Shown here: positions 10,983 to 22,128 of the stretch, one piece after another
How positions within the stretch are numbered: the stretch's first letter is position 1
Layout of the letters: each line of letters starts with the position of its first letter
Source of the DNA: Clostridia bacterium
GTDB taxonomy: Bacteria > Bacillota > Clostridia > TANB77 > CAG-508
Length of the DNA: 64,000 nt
Direction of reading: 5' to 3'
Assembly: GCA_017512025.1 (NCBI GenBank)
Contig: JAFWHH010000008.1
Location: 258,606-322,605, forward strand
Notes under the pieces: model-generated
What the model was told of the DNA's origin: nothing
Seen by the model: the letters and a program-made list of their open reading frames with translations, nothing else
The model's database searches: none
Position numbers and translations under genes: made by a program

Positions 10983-11591
10983 TTACATATCTTTTAATAA
11001 ATCTTTTCCATTCTTTAGATAATCCCATCCAGAGAATATTGTAGCTACTACTGAAATAAAGATTGTAACTGTACTTATAATATTAATTGCAAGAGGAACA
11101 CCTGAAAGATTTCCACTGAAGAAACTTCCAAAAGCATTCATATCGATAAATGCAATTATTAAACCAACCATTTGTGTAACTGTTTTTAATTTGCCCCACA
11201 TAGAAGCTGCTACAACTTTACCAGAATTCTCAACTTCAAGTAATCTGTACCCAGATACTAAAAATTCTCTAAATAAAACTATTACTGGAATCCATGCAGG
11301 TAATCTTCCTGCTGCAACTAACATTATCATTGCAGTTAATACTAATATTTTATCTGCTATTGGATCTAAAAACTTTCCAAAAGTTGTAACTTGTTTTCTT
11401 GATCTTGCAATATATCCATCTAACTTATCAGTAATTGATGCAATAATAAATATTAAATTTATAAGCACCCATGCCATTGGTACTGACACAGTAACAATAT
11501 TTAGTTCACCATCTAATGGAAGATATGGTATTATAACCATTATAGGTACTAATAAAATTCTAAATACCGTTAATTTATTTGGTAAGTTCAT
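10983..11591 (-). CDS. pgsA: CDP-diacylglycerol--glycerol-3-phosphate 3-phosphatidyltransferase
   Basis: CDP-alcohol phosphatidyltransferase motif DKLDGYIAR...G...DPIADK. Membrane protein. Confidence 0.85.
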   Translation of the reverse strand: MNLPNKLTVFRILLVPIMVIIPYLPLDGELNIVTVSVPMAWVLINLIFIIASITDKLDGYIARSRKQVTTFGKFLDPIADKILVLTAMIMLVAAGRLPAWIPVIVLFREFLVSGYRLLEVENSGKVVAASMWGKLKTVTQMVGLIIAFIDMNAFGSFFSGNLSGVPLAINIISTVTIFISVVATIFSGWDYLKNGKDLLKDM

Positions 11592-11609
11592 TTCTAATTC
11601 TCCTTTAAT

Positions 11610-11930
11610 TTATATAATATCATTATTTGCACTTAATTTAATTATTAAGTCCATGTTGTCATCATTCGCTGCTTTATTTTTTCGTATCATTCCACATTTT
11701 TTACACTTAAAAACAATTACATATCCTTTTTTAGGACTTATTTCAATTCCAATCGGCTCTAATATTCCATGGCAATCTTCACTTCTATCGCCAGGATTTA
11801 TATCAACATGTTTTGAATGTAAACAAAATGGACAATGGTTTCTGCATGTATAGTTTAATTTTGGAACATGTTTTCCACAATTTTCACACACAAATTCCTC
11901 ATCAATTTTTGTGAATAGACTTTTTTCCAT
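11610..11930 (-). CDS. RNHCP domain protein
   Basis: Contains the literal CRNHCPFC motif plus additional CxxC pairs. Confidence 0.7.
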   Translation of the reverse strand: MEKSLFTKIDEEFVCENCGKHVPKLNYTCRNHCPFCLHSKHVDINPGDRSEDCHGILEPIGIEISPKKGYVIVFKCKKCGMIRKNKAANDDNMDLIIKLSANNDII

Positions 11931-11954
11931 AAAAAGCTATCATCCTTTCATATT

Positions 11955-13586
11955 TTAATAGAAAATGCTTCCACCTAAAAACTCTCTTAGTAGAGAATGT
12001 TGTGGCACATACATTGCTGGTATTGATTCAAAATACTCAAGCATTGAAATTAATTTTTTAGCTTCTGAATATTCTGGATGGTCATCAGTTATCTCTCTTA
12101 ATAATGGTAATGCAAAATCTCTAAGTACTGCTAGCTCATATATTAATGATGAGTTGAACATACTATCAGCTTGCTCTTGGAATGGGAAAATATTGTTTTC
12201 TTCTCCCCTGTTTACTGAATCCCACATTTGTAATGTGTGTAATGCACTATATCCTCTAAATTGGTGATCTCTAACAATTCTTCTTATTAATCTAGAGTCT
12301 GTTGTTGATATTCTATTGTTGTGATCTAAGTTAAGTACTGTTAAACAACTAATATAGATTTTGTATTTTTGCTCCTTTGGAATTAATGGTGTTAGCTTAT
12401 CGTTTAAGCAATGAATTCCTTCGATAACAAGAACTTGGTCATCTTTAAGTCTCATTTTTTCACCATTATATCTCTTAGTTCCAACTTCAAAATCAAATGT
12501 TGGTACATCTATTTCTTCACCATTTAATAGCTTTAATATATGCTCATTAAATAACTTTGTATCAATAGCCTCTATACACTCGAAATCGTATTCTCCGTTT
12601 TCATCTTTTGGATTCTCTGGACGCTCAACAAAATAATTATCTACAGACATTGTTACTGGTTTTAATCCATTTAGTCTAAGTTGTATTCCAAGTCTTTTTG
12701 CAAACGTTGTCTTTCCAGATGATGAAGGACCAGCTATTAATATAACTTTAACTTTATCTCTTTTAATAATATCATCTGCAATTAATGCAAGCTTCTTCTC
12801 ATGAAGTGCTTCATCAAGCAATATATACTCAAGAGTTTTATTTTTCTTTATTACTCTGTTAAGCTTATACAATGTATGAATGTGTAAAAACTCATGTAAG
12901 TTTTCATATTCATCAAGTGTTTCAAGTAGTTTTTTATTTTCTTCAAATACTGGTAATTTAGTAGAATCCTTTTTACTTGGATATCTAATTAATATACCAC
13001 CATGATATTTCATAATTTCATATATCTTTGCGAACCCTGTTGAGATTGGTAAAACACCATAAAAATAATTGTAATAGTCTTCACAGAAATATAAGCTTAC
13101 TGTATCTTTCTTTCCATACTCAATTTGTAGCTTTCCTTTTTCATTTTTTTCTACGCTATAGAACTTTTTAGCTTCTTCCTTACTCATCTCTTTTTTTACA
13201 ATTGGAAGATTTTTATCTACAATTTCTTTGAATTTTTTATTTATGTTCTCAATCATCTCATCTGTTACTTCTGCATCTGTTACTTCACAAAGCATTGAAT
13301 TTGATAATTGGAAATTAATTTCTGTTTTTGCATCAGGATATAGACTTTCAAAAGCCATAGTTAATATATATATAAGACCTCTTATGTATATACGTCTTCC
13401 ATCTCTGTCTGAAATATCTAAAAGTTGAATTGTTCCGTCTTTAGTTAATTCAAATCCTAGTGACTTAACCTCGTTATTAAATTTACAAGCAATTATATGA
13501 TTGCTCTCAATTTCTTCTTTTAATAGGTCAATTACCTTAATATTTTCAGTCTTAATGACTTGGTCTTTGTATTTTATTTCTATCAT
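11955..13586 (-). CDS. Uridine/nucleoside kinase family protein with N-terminal TGS/ThrRS-like region
   Basis: P-loop AGPSSSGKTTFAKRL within a PRK/uridine-kinase-like C-terminal half. Start set at MIEIKYKD (RBS GGAGG). Confidence 0.7.
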   Translation of the reverse strand: MIEIKYKDQVIKTENIKVIDLLKEEIESNHIIACKFNNEVKSLGFELTKDGTIQLLDISDRDGRRIYIRGLIYILTMAFESLYPDAKTEINFQLSNSMLCEVTDAEVTDEMIENINKKFKEIVDKNLPIVKKEMSKEEAKKFYSVEKNEKGKLQIEYGKKDTVSLYFCEDYYNYFYGVLPISTGFAKIYEIMKYHGGILIRYPSKKDSTKLPVFEENKKLLETLDEYENLHEFLHIHTLYKLNRVIKKNKTLEYILLDEALHEKKLALIADDIIKRDKVKVILIAGPSSSGKTTFAKRLGIQLRLNGLKPVTMSVDNYFVERPENPKDENGEYDFECIEAIDTKLFNEHILKLLNGEEIDVPTFDFEVGTKRYNGEKMRLKDDQVLVIEGIHCLNDKLTPLIPKEQKYKIYISCLTVLNLDHNNRISTTDSRLIRRIVRDHQFRGYSALHTLQMWDSVNRGEENNIFPFQEQADSMFNSSLIYELAVLRDFALPLLREITDDHPEYSEAKKLISMLEYFESIPAMYVPQHSLLREFLGGSIFY

Positions 13587-13754
13587 ATGTGACCTCCATT
13601 TCAAATTTATCTATATTAATTCTATGAGTCTAAACTCTTGAATATAGTTAAATTAGCAAGCTTATTTTATCGCTATATTTTTTTTAAGTCAAGTAATTGA
13701 CAATATAATTGACGTGTATTATTATATATTTATTATGAAAAGGAGGATTTTATT

Positions 13755-14294
13755 ATGAGCGATGTAAAAAATGAAAATGTTGAATTTGGTAAAGAGCCAA
13801 TCGGAGACAACAAGAAAAAAATAGCCATGATTGGAGGAATCGTAGCAGCAGTTGTTGTTTGTTTATTTGTGATTATTTCTCTAATAAGTGGTGGATATAA
13901 AACTCCAATAAAGAATTATTTTAACGGATTACAAAAATGTAATTCAAAAACATATTTAAAAGCTTTCCCAGAATTCATGAAAGAAGATCTTGAAGACAAA
14001 TACTCTGATGAGTATCTAGAAAAGAAAAAAGATAATTTAGAAGATACTTATGGAGACAAAGTAAAATATTCATACAAAGTTGTTGATAAAACAAAATTAA
14101 CTAAAGATGAAATAAAAGATGCTAAAAAAGCATTAGAAAAATTATATAAAGATGAAAAAATAAACTTAAAAGAAGGATACCAAGTTTGCGTTAAAGTAAC
14201 AATAAAAGGATCAGATAAGAAAGCAACTTCTTATGAGACATTTGTTGTATACAAACTTAATGGAAAATGGGTAACATTCCCATCATCTTTATAA
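13755..14294 (+). CDS. Membrane-anchored hypothetical protein
   Basis: One N-terminal TM segment (IAMIGGIVAAVVVCLFVIISLI) followed by a Lys/Asp-rich soluble domain. RBS AAAGGAGG. Confidence 0.55.
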   Translation: MSDVKNENVEFGKEPIGDNKKKIAMIGGIVAAVVVCLFVIISLISGGYKTPIKNYFNGLQKCNSKTYLKAFPEFMKEDLEDKYSDEYLEKKKDNLEDTYGDKVKYSYKVVDKTKLTKDEIKDAKKALEKLYKDEKINLKEGYQVCVKVTIKGSDKKATSYETFVVYKLNGKWVTFPSSL

Positions 14295-14315
14295 TCTAAA
14301 TATTGATTATATAAT

Positions 14316-14358
14316 AAAAAAATAAAACAGCTAAACTAAGTTTAGCTGTTTATTTTTT
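14316..14358. terminator. Bidirectional rho-independent terminator
   Basis: 11-bp stem AACAGCTAAAC/GTTTAGCTGTT with a 3-nt loop, an A-run on the left and a T-run on the right. Lies between convergent genes. Confidence 0.8.
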
Positions 14359-14400
14359 ATTCCCTTTTATTCAAATAAATTTAAATATTTAACCCAAAAA

Positions 14401-17064
14401 TTATTGTAACTTTTCTTTAATTTTAGCAAGTGTATTTAGAGCTTCAATTGGTGTTATTTGATTAAAGTCTATCTTATCAATCTCGTGAGCTACCTCTGCT
14501 ATTTTATAGTTGTTTATATCAATATTTTCTGGAATCATTTTATAAACATTCTCAGCTGATTCAGCTACCTCACTTACTTCATTATTGTTTTCATCATCAA
14601 TAGTAAATTTCTTAGCCATTATACTTTTACGTTCCAATGATTTAAGAATTTCATTTGCTTTTTGAGTAACTACTTGTGGAACACCAGCAAGTCTTGCAAC
14701 ATGTACACCATAACTTTCATCTGTTCCCCCATCAACAATTTTTCTTAGGAAGATAATATCTTCTCCTTTTTCCTTAACAGCAACTGAATAGTTTTTAACA
14801 CCCTCTATCTTATTTTCAAGCTCTGTTAATTCATGATAATGGGTTGCAAATAATGTTTTAGCTCCGCATTTTTCTTTATCAGCAATATACTCAGCAACAG
14901 CCCATGCAATTGAAAGCCCATCATATGTTGAAGTTCCTCTACCAATCTCGTCTAAGATTACTAAACTTTCATTAGTAGCTTCTTTTAAAATTGTAGCTAC
15001 TTCCATCATCTCAACCATGAATGTACTTTGTCCCATACTTAAATCGTCAGAAGCACCAACTCTTGTAAATATCTTATCTACAATACCAATCTTAGCTGAT
15101 GTTGCTGGAACAAAAGATCCAATTTGTGCCATTAATGTAATAAGTGCTACTTGTCTCATATATGTTGATTTACCTGCCATATTTGGACCAGTGATTATCG
15201 CTAATCTGTTATCATTTTTATCTAAGTATGTATCATTTGGAACAAAGTTATTTGAAGAAATCATCTTTTCAATAACTGGATGTCTTCCCTCTTTAATATC
15301 AATTATTCCTGAATTATCAACTACTGGTTTAGCATAGTTTAAATCTTCTGCTACCATTGCAAATGATGCAATAACATCAAGCTCTGATATTAAACTTGCA
15401 GTTCTTTGAATTCTTTGAATTTGTTTTTCAATAGATTCTCTAACTTCTGTAAATGCATTATATTCTAGAATAACAACTTTTTCTTCAGCACCTAGTAATT
15501 GGTTTTCAAGTTGTTTTAACTCTTCAGTTATATATCTTTCTGCATTTGCCAAAGTTTGTTTTCTAATATATCTATCTGGTACCATTGATAAGTTTGATTT
15601 GGTTACTTCAATAAAATATCCAAATACCTTATTATAACCAATCTTTAAATTCTTAATACCTGTTTCTTCTTTTTCTCTTGCCTCTAGATCAATAAGCCAT
15701 TTCTTACCATCTGTTGTAGCTAGTTTTAGTCTATCAATTTCCGGATTATATCCCATCTTGATAAGACCACCATCTTTAACACCAATTGGTGGATCCTCCA
15801 CAATAGATTTTTCTATGATTTCATATACATCCTCTAATGTATCCATGTTCTCATAGATATTTTTAAGAAGTCCTGCTCCGGTTGTTGCTAATATATGTTT
15901 AATGTCTGGTAATTGTTTTACTGAGTTTTTAAGAGATATTAAATCTCTACCATTTGCATTTCCATATGCAATCTTACCGGCTAAACGTTCAATATCATAT
16001 ACCTTCTTAAGAGCATCAATAATATCTCCTCTTAAGATTATACTGTCTTTTAATTCTTCAACAGCATCAAGTCTTTCCTTGATTTCAGTCTTATCAATAA
16101 GAGGATCATTTATCCAACGTCTAAGCATTCTACCACCCATTGATGTAGAAGTTTTATCTAATACCCAAAGAAGAGTTCCTTTTTTAGATTTATCTCTCAT
16201 CTTCTCTGTAAGCTCTAAATTCCTTCTAGCATTAATATCAAGAGCCATATAACGAGTTGTATTATAGATCTTAATTGTATTGATATGATCTAGTCCCGTT
16301 TTTTGTGTATCTTCTAAATATTTCAAAAGAGCATTTATTGCATAAATAGCAAGTTTTTTCTCTGATAATTGTTTATCACCAATTTGTTCATTCTTATCAT
16401 CAACAATTGAATACATTCCAGATAAAAGCTCATATTCTCCATCAAAGAATTCTTCATCCTCTTTAGAAATATATGTTTTAAATCTTTCTTTAATCTTTTC
16501 TATCTCAACTGTGCTATTGAACATTAAATCAGAAACAATAATCTCAGCTGGTGAATATCTTGATATCTCGTCTAATAATCTTGCAAAATTGTTATGTTCA
16601 ACAATTTGAGTTGCGTTAAACTCTCCTGTTGAAATATCACAAACCGCAATACCAAAATATATACCACTTTTGTAAATTGACATTATATAGTTATTTTTCT
16701 TTTCTTCTAGTAAGTTTGATTCAATAACTGTTCCTGGAGTTACAACTCTAACTACTTCCCTTTTAACTATTCCTTTAGCAGTTTTTGGATCTTCAACTTG
16801 CTCACAAATAGCAACCTTATATCCTTTTTCAATAAGTTTAGCAATATAACTTTCAGCTGCATGATAAGGAATACCTGACATTGGAGCACGCTCTGCTTGT
16901 CCACAATCTTTTCCTGTTAAAGTAAGTTCAAGCTCCCTAGAAACAACCTCTGCATCCTCATAAAACATTTCATAGAAGTCACCTAATCTATAGAAGAGTA
17001 CGCAGTCATTGTATTCTTTTTTCGTATCTAAATAATGTTGCATCATCGGTGAAAATTCAGCCAT
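14401..17064 (-). CDS. mutS: DNA mismatch repair protein MutS
   Basis: 887 aa. Walker A GPNMAGKSTYMRQ. N-terminal mismatch-binding region MMQHYL..K.....LFYRLGDFYE. Confidence 0.95.
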   Translation of the reverse strand: MAEFSPMMQHYLDTKKEYNDCVLFYRLGDFYEMFYEDAEVVSRELELTLTGKDCGQAERAPMSGIPYHAAESYIAKLIEKGYKVAICEQVEDPKTAKGIVKREVVRVVTPGTVIESNLLEEKKNNYIMSIYKSGIYFGIAVCDISTGEFNATQIVEHNNFARLLDEISRYSPAEIIVSDLMFNSTVEIEKIKERFKTYISKEDEEFFDGEYELLSGMYSIVDDKNEQIGDKQLSEKKLAIYAINALLKYLEDTQKTGLDHINTIKIYNTTRYMALDINARRNLELTEKMRDKSKKGTLLWVLDKTSTSMGGRMLRRWINDPLIDKTEIKERLDAVEELKDSIILRGDIIDALKKVYDIERLAGKIAYGNANGRDLISLKNSVKQLPDIKHILATTGAGLLKNIYENMDTLEDVYEIIEKSIVEDPPIGVKDGGLIKMGYNPEIDRLKLATTDGKKWLIDLEAREKEETGIKNLKIGYNKVFGYFIEVTKSNLSMVPDRYIRKQTLANAERYITEELKQLENQLLGAEEKVVILEYNAFTEVRESIEKQIQRIQRTASLISELDVIASFAMVAEDLNYAKPVVDNSGIIDIKEGRHPVIEKMISSNNFVPNDTYLDKNDNRLAIITGPNMAGKSTYMRQVALITLMAQIGSFVPATSAKIGIVDKIFTRVGASDDLSMGQSTFMVEMMEVATILKEATNESLVILDEIGRGTSTYDGLSIAWAVAEYIADKEKCGAKTLFATHYHELTELENKIEGVKNYSVAVKEKGEDIIFLRKIVDGGTDESYGVHVARLAGVPQVVTQKANEILKSLERKSIMAKKFTIDDENNNEVSEVAESAENVYKMIPENIDINNYKIAEVAHEIDKIDFNQITPIEALNTLAKIKEKLQ

Positions 17065-17218
17065 CGTTTACACATCCTTTTTCTTTAAAGTATAATTTTC
17101 ATTGGTCATTCTATACCAATTTATGCCATTTTTCAACAAAATATTATATTAAATTATCTTTTCTTGAAAAGATAAAAGACACATTTAATATTTAAAATGT
17201 GTCTTTAATATTTTTTAT

Positions 17219-18592
17219 TTATATTTGTCCTTTTAAGTACCACATATGTTCAGATACTATTGGTATCTCAATCACATTGCCTATAAGATCTTCTGGGCCT
17301 TCAAAGTTAACAACTTTATTAGAATCAGTTCTACCTGTTAGCATCTCTTCGTTATTTTTGCTCTTTCCTTCAACTAAAACTTTTTGAACTGTTCCAACAT
17401 ATTTCTTATTATTCTCATCGATTTGACTTTCAACTAGGGCCTTTAATTTGTCAAATCTTCTATGTTTATCTTCCTCTGGAACTTGATTCTCCATTTTATC
17501 TCCTGGAGTACCAACTCTTCTTGAATAAATAAACATATAAACTTGCTCATAATTAATTTGTCTTACAACATCTAATGTATCTTCAAAATCTTCGTCTGTT
17601 TCTCCTGGGAAACCAACGATAATATCAGTAGATAATGTAAGTCCTGGAATTCTTTCTTTCATTTTATTTGCAAGTTCTAAGTATTGTTCCTTGGTATATT
17701 TTCTATTCATTACTTTTAATATATTTGTGCTTCCAGATTGAAGTGGTAAGTGAATTAATTTACATACCTTATCACAATCTCTAATTGCATCAATAACATC
17801 ATCAGAAAAATCCTTTGGATGTGGTGATACAAATCTAATTCTTTCAATTCCTGGTATCTTATTCACAGCTCTTAATAATTCAGAGAATTTAGTTATTCCT
17901 AAATTACCATTTCCCTTATATGAATTAACATTTTGTCCAAGTAATGTTACTTCTTTATATCCTTGCTTTGCAATATCTTCAACCTCATTAATAACGTCTT
18001 GTGGATCACGGCTACGCTCTCTTCCTCTTACATATGGAACAATGCAGTAGCTACAGAAATTATTACATCCATTCATAATTGTAACTGAAGCTTTAATATT
18101 ATCATTTCTCTTGATTGGTAATCCTTCAATTACTTCACCATCAATATCAAGAATATCCATAATTCTTTTTCTATTACAAATTACATTATATAAATCCTCT
18201 GGTAATTTATGAATTGTATGTGTTCCAAATATAATATCAACAAAGTTATAGCTTTTCTTAATCTTATCAATTATATGTTTTTCTTGCATCATACAACCAC
18301 AAATAGCAATTATAGTCCCCTTTTGCTCTCTTTGCTTTTTAACTTCACCAAGCTTACCAAATAATTTATCCTCTGCATTTTCTCTAACACAGCAAGTATT
18401 ATAAATAATGACATCTGCATCTTCCATGTTTTCTGTTTTAGAATATCCCATATTTTCTAACATACCAGATATTTTTTCAGAATCATTTTCATTTAATTGA
18501 CAACCCATTGTATAGATTGTATATTTTAAATTTTTACCAGCGTTTATTTTTCCAACTTTTTCAATAAAATCTAATTGTTCTTCTACGTTCAA
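17219..18592 (-). CDS. miaB: tRNA-2-methylthio-N6-dimethylallyladenosine synthase
   Basis: N-terminal UPF0004 Cys triad (YTMGCQLNENDSE), radical-SAM CNNFCSYC and a TRAM C-terminus. Lies upstream of mutS, as in many Firmicutes. Confidence 0.85.
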   Translation of the reverse strand: MNVEEQLDFIEKVGKINAGKNLKYTIYTMGCQLNENDSEKISGMLENMGYSKTENMEDADVIIYNTCCVRENAEDKLFGKLGEVKKQREQKGTIIAICGCMMQEKHIIDKIKKSYNFVDIIFGTHTIHKLPEDLYNVICNRKRIMDILDIDGEVIEGLPIKRNDNIKASVTIMNGCNNFCSYCIVPYVRGRERSRDPQDVINEVEDIAKQGYKEVTLLGQNVNSYKGNGNLGITKFSELLRAVNKIPGIERIRFVSPHPKDFSDDVIDAIRDCDKVCKLIHLPLQSGSTNILKVMNRKYTKEQYLELANKMKERIPGLTLSTDIIVGFPGETDEDFEDTLDVVRQINYEQVYMFIYSRRVGTPGDKMENQVPEEDKHRRFDKLKALVESQIDENNKKYVGTVQKVLVEGKSKNNEEMLTGRTDSNKVVNFEGPEDLIGNVIEIPIVSEHMWYLKGQI

Positions 18593-18593
18593 A

Positions 18594-19262
18594 TTAATTC
18601 TCTCCTCTATATTTTTTATATGCTTCTATTAAGTCTGCATCATGTTGTTTTTCTGTTTCTGGAAGATTCTCTAAATCAAAGAATCTCATGTCACAAGATT
18701 CTTCATTCCATTTTAGCCCTCCTGTATATTTATCGACTAAATATAATACTGTATTATTAAAAACAACATCTCCATTTGGATAACATCTTTTTCTACTTTC
18801 TCCAGATAGAACTCCGATAAGTTTTAAGTCTTCTTTTCTAGCCACTAGATTTGTTTCTTCATATACTTCTCGAACAACCGTATCCTCAAATTCTTCACCT
18901 AATTCTTGGCATCCTCCTGGTAGCCCCCACATCTCGTTATCTATACGTTTCTGCATTAGAATTTGACCATTTTCATTTACAACAATCGCAGCAGCACCAT
19001 CTTGTAATAATACAAATTTATGCTTCAAATCAGCCATACATAATCTTGTAAATACTGGATAACCAATAATATTGCTAAGCTCTGTTATTTCTTTATCATC
19101 CATTTTACTCATCATTTCATATAGCTCGTCATAAGATAAATCTCTTTGCTCATTTTTAGTTAAATTTTTAATATTTTCTAAAACTTTTTTATTATCCAAT
19201 TTAATCTCCTTGAAATAATCTATCAATGGTGCTATTTTACTACACTTTTCAATATTTTTCAA
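18594..19262 (-). CDS. NUDIX hydrolase
   Basis: Nudix box GGCQELGEEFEDTVVREVYEETNL. Confidence 0.8.
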   Translation of the reverse strand: MKNIEKCSKIAPLIDYFKEIKLDNKKVLENIKNLTKNEQRDLSYDELYEMMSKMDDKEITELSNIIGYPVFTRLCMADLKHKFVLLQDGAAAIVVNENGQILMQKRIDNEMWGLPGGCQELGEEFEDTVVREVYEETNLVARKEDLKLIGVLSGESRKRCYPNGDVVFNNTVLYLVDKYTGGLKWNEESCDMRFFDLENLPETEKQHDADLIEAYKKYRGEN

Positions 19263-19330
19263 CTATATTATAAAAAGCAAAAAAAAAAAGAAATACTTCT
19301 ATTTCTTCTTTTTAATTATTTTTAATACAT

Positions 19331-20056
19331 TTATCTATCACCTTGTTCTTCATTTCCACTTTTCTTAGTTTTCTTTGCATCTTCTTTTTGTGGTATTTTC
19401 AAACCTACATTTGTTATTCTTTGTGGAAGATCTCTGTTCATACTTTTATTATATCTTGGATAATGATCTTTATTTATAAATTTACCACCAGAAATAAATC
19501 CTATGAAGTTACCAGCTCTATCAAATTTTGGTTTATCTCCTTCTTTTATTGAACGTGGTGGTTCAACATCTAGCTTACGGCTCTTAATAACAACTTTACC
19601 GGTATGTCTCTCAACATCAACAGGTGTTTTTACACCCGTTTCTTTTCGTGGAAGAAGTCTATATTCATCGACTGTATATCCCATACCAGTTGCTATGTCT
19701 ATAAGCATTTCTCTTGCTTCTTTATTTTCACCTTTATATAAAACTTTATCTCTGTATTTATCTTTGATAAAACTAACGATTCTTGTATATTTTCCTGGCT
19801 TGTTCGGAATAGGTATTTGACTAATATAGATTGCATTTTTTTCTTTCATAAGCTCAACAATTGGATCTTCTCCAACACCGCTTTCATGATGCCATCCTGG
19901 AATCTTCATCATTTCCTTTAGAGCAACCTCAGCATGTAATCTATCATCTGGAACTTCAACAGCCTTAATACCTTCAACAAGAAATCCTCTAAAATCATCA
20001 ATTAATGCTATACTTAACATTTTAGCAATAACTTTATAATCTTTATTATTTTCCAT
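19331..20056 (-). CDS. Hypothetical 241-aa protein
   Basis: Long ORF with host-like composition and its own terminator. No family recognised. Confidence 0.5.
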   Translation of the reverse strand: MENNKDYKVIAKMLSIALIDDFRGFLVEGIKAVEVPDDRLHAEVALKEMMKIPGWHHESGVGEDPIVELMKEKNAIYISQIPIPNKPGKYTRIVSFIKDKYRDKVLYKGENKEAREMLIDIATGMGYTVDEYRLLPRKETGVKTPVDVERHTGKVVIKSRKLDVEPPRSIKEGDKPKFDRAGNFIGFISGGKFINKDHYPRYNKSMNRDLPQRITNVGLKIPQKEDAKKTKKSGNEEQGDR

Positions 20057-20185
20057 ATAATCACCTTCTTAGTTTATTTCCTCGAATAACTAATTATACC
20101 ATAAAAAAGGCGATTTTTCAAGTTACATATAGCTCCTAAATCAATAAACACAACAATAACCAGCCAAAATAATTTGACTGGTTAC

Positions 20186-20665
20186 TTATGCTACTCTGTA
20201 TTCAACCCAATGTAATAAATCTTTTGCACGGAATCTTCCGCTGAATCTTTTGGCTGTAATAAAGTTTATTTTTGGATATGTTCTTTGTAAATCTCTAAAG
20301 CTCTTGTCTACAGTATGTGCACCACTTGTTACAAATACATATACATCTTTTCCATCCAAATGATTCTCTTCTATAAAAGTATTAATTATCGTTGGAGCTG
20401 TATTATACCAAACTGGGAATCCTAAAAAAATAGTATCATATTCATCAACATTTTCCAATTTGTTCTCTACCAACGGTCTAAATCTTTTGTTTCTCATCTC
20501 TAAAAATGTCCTGTTTGTTCTGCTAGGCCATTTTAAATCTTCTGTGGTATATTTAATCTCTGGCTTAATTTCAAAAATGTCTGCATATAATACATCTGCC
20601 ATTTTTTCCGCCAACCTTTTTGTCGCGCCCGTTGCTGAAAAATAACTAACTAATATTTTGCCCAT
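20186..20665 (-). CDS. Flavodoxin-like protein
   Basis: Start set at MGKILVSYFSATGATKRLAEKMA (RBS AAAGGAG), a typical flavodoxin FMN-binding N-terminus. Confidence 0.75.
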   Translation of the reverse strand: MGKILVSYFSATGATKRLAEKMADVLYADIFEIKPEIKYTTEDLKWPSRTNRTFLEMRNKRFRPLVENKLENVDEYDTIFLGFPVWYNTAPTIINTFIEENHLDGKDVYVFVTSGAHTVDKSFRDLQRTYPKINFITAKRFSGRFRAKDLLHWVEYRVA

Positions 20666-21031
20666 GCTACACCACTCCTTTTCTTGATAATTTATTACTA
20701 CAGCAATGTAATTGCCCATTACTTAATAATATAAAAATAATTATTGTGAAAAGTTTGGTAGTTTTGTTATGCTCTATCGCCTATCTTCCTTTCTTCATTT
20801 TTGGCTTTCATTTAAGCCCTCTTTTTAGCGTTTTCCCCCATAACAAAAAATAAGAGCCATTAGATAGTGATGTCCTCACTTCTAATCGCTCTAGCTACCT
20901 ATCTGATTTGATTAATTTTTATCATAAAATCGCCAAAAAGTCAATATTTTAGTAGTCATAATTATTCGCATTTTTTTGCAATTTTTAGCACTTGAAAATA
21001 TCAATATCATACAGGTATTATTACCCAAATA

Positions 21032-21934
21032 TTATTTATCACCTTTTTTTAAGATAATAGCAACAATTCCACATAGCATTCCACCTACTGGATATACACA
21101 CCAGTTTATGTTCCAACTATTAAATATGAATCCCCAAATCAAGTATATAATTGTAGCAATAATCATTATTACTCCACAAATACTACCTATTTTCTTTTCT
21201 ACATCTTTGTATTCATCAGAATTAACTTTATTATACTCTTCTATTTCATATTTTTCTTGTTGTTTACCACCATAAACAATGAGTGAAGCTCCAACTGTTA
21301 CAAAATACATTAATGATGCTACTGGTAATACACTATCTTCGCCAAAAACATTTAATCCTGTTAATGTCATCATTACTACAACACCTATAAGTATAAGTGC
21401 TGTTCCAAGTGCAATGAACTTTGTTGCTTTTATTTTTCCAGAGTCCAATTCTTCTTCTGAATATATATTAGCAACTGTTTTATTCTTCTTTTTAAAGTTT
21501 TCAAGCTTCATATTATCCATTATAAAAATTGGAACTGCAAATGCTACCGCTATTAATATCATAACTACACCAATTAAAGCATATTGATCTTCTGCTTGTT
21601 CATTTGGAGCTAAACCTAATATTGTGAGCATAATTGAAACGCCTAATAATATTAGTCCAATTGCAAATGAAGTTGATTTAGCAATTTTACTCATTACAGA
21701 ATCATATTCATTCTTTTCTTTTTTTACATCTTCAGTAATCTTTCCTTTTACTAACTCATCCATACTACAATCAAAAATTTCGCAGATAGAAATAATTTTT
21801 TCCGTTTCTGGATAACCATTTCCACTTTCCCATTTTGAAACTGCTTGTCTTGATACATTTAATTTTTCTGCAAGTTCCTCCTGTGACATATTTTTAATTT
21901 TTCTTAAATTTTGTAAATTATCTGATAAACTCAT
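21032..21934 (-). CDS. XRE-family HTH protein fused to a multi-TM membrane domain
   Basis: N-terminus LRKIKNMSQEELAEKLNVSRQAVSKWESG (Cro/C1 HTH), followed by several hydrophobic segments. Confidence 0.75.
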   Translation of the reverse strand: MSLSDNLQNLRKIKNMSQEELAEKLNVSRQAVSKWESGNGYPETEKIISICEIFDCSMDELVKGKITEDVKKEKNEYDSVMSKIAKSTSFAIGLILLGVSIMLTILGLAPNEQAEDQYALIGVVMILIAVAFAVPIFIMDNMKLENFKKKNKTVANIYSEEELDSGKIKATKFIALGTALILIGVVVMMTLTGLNVFGEDSVLPVASLMYFVTVGASLIVYGGKQQEKYEIEEYNKVNSDEYKDVEKKIGSICGVIMIIATIIYLIWGFIFNSWNINWCVYPVGGMLCGIVAIILKKGDK

Positions 21935-22128
21935 ATCTATCTACCTCCTATGTTCAATTCTAAAGTTGCGTCTACATTTTTGCTACCAACTTACGTTTGC
22001 AACTTGTTTTTTCTTTGCTACGTTAAGTTGCATGTACGTATTTTCGGCACTTTCAAGGTCTATATTTTTATTACTTTAACAATGATTTTGCAAAATAATT
22101 TTACCATATTTTTATATTTTCTTACAAC

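Noticed and set aside
11191-11853. 220-aa plus-strand ORF overlapping pgsA and the RNHCP gene
   Set aside because: It is antisense to two well-supported genes. The low-complexity Ile/Asn/Ser-rich translation is typical of the reverse strand of AT-rich genes.
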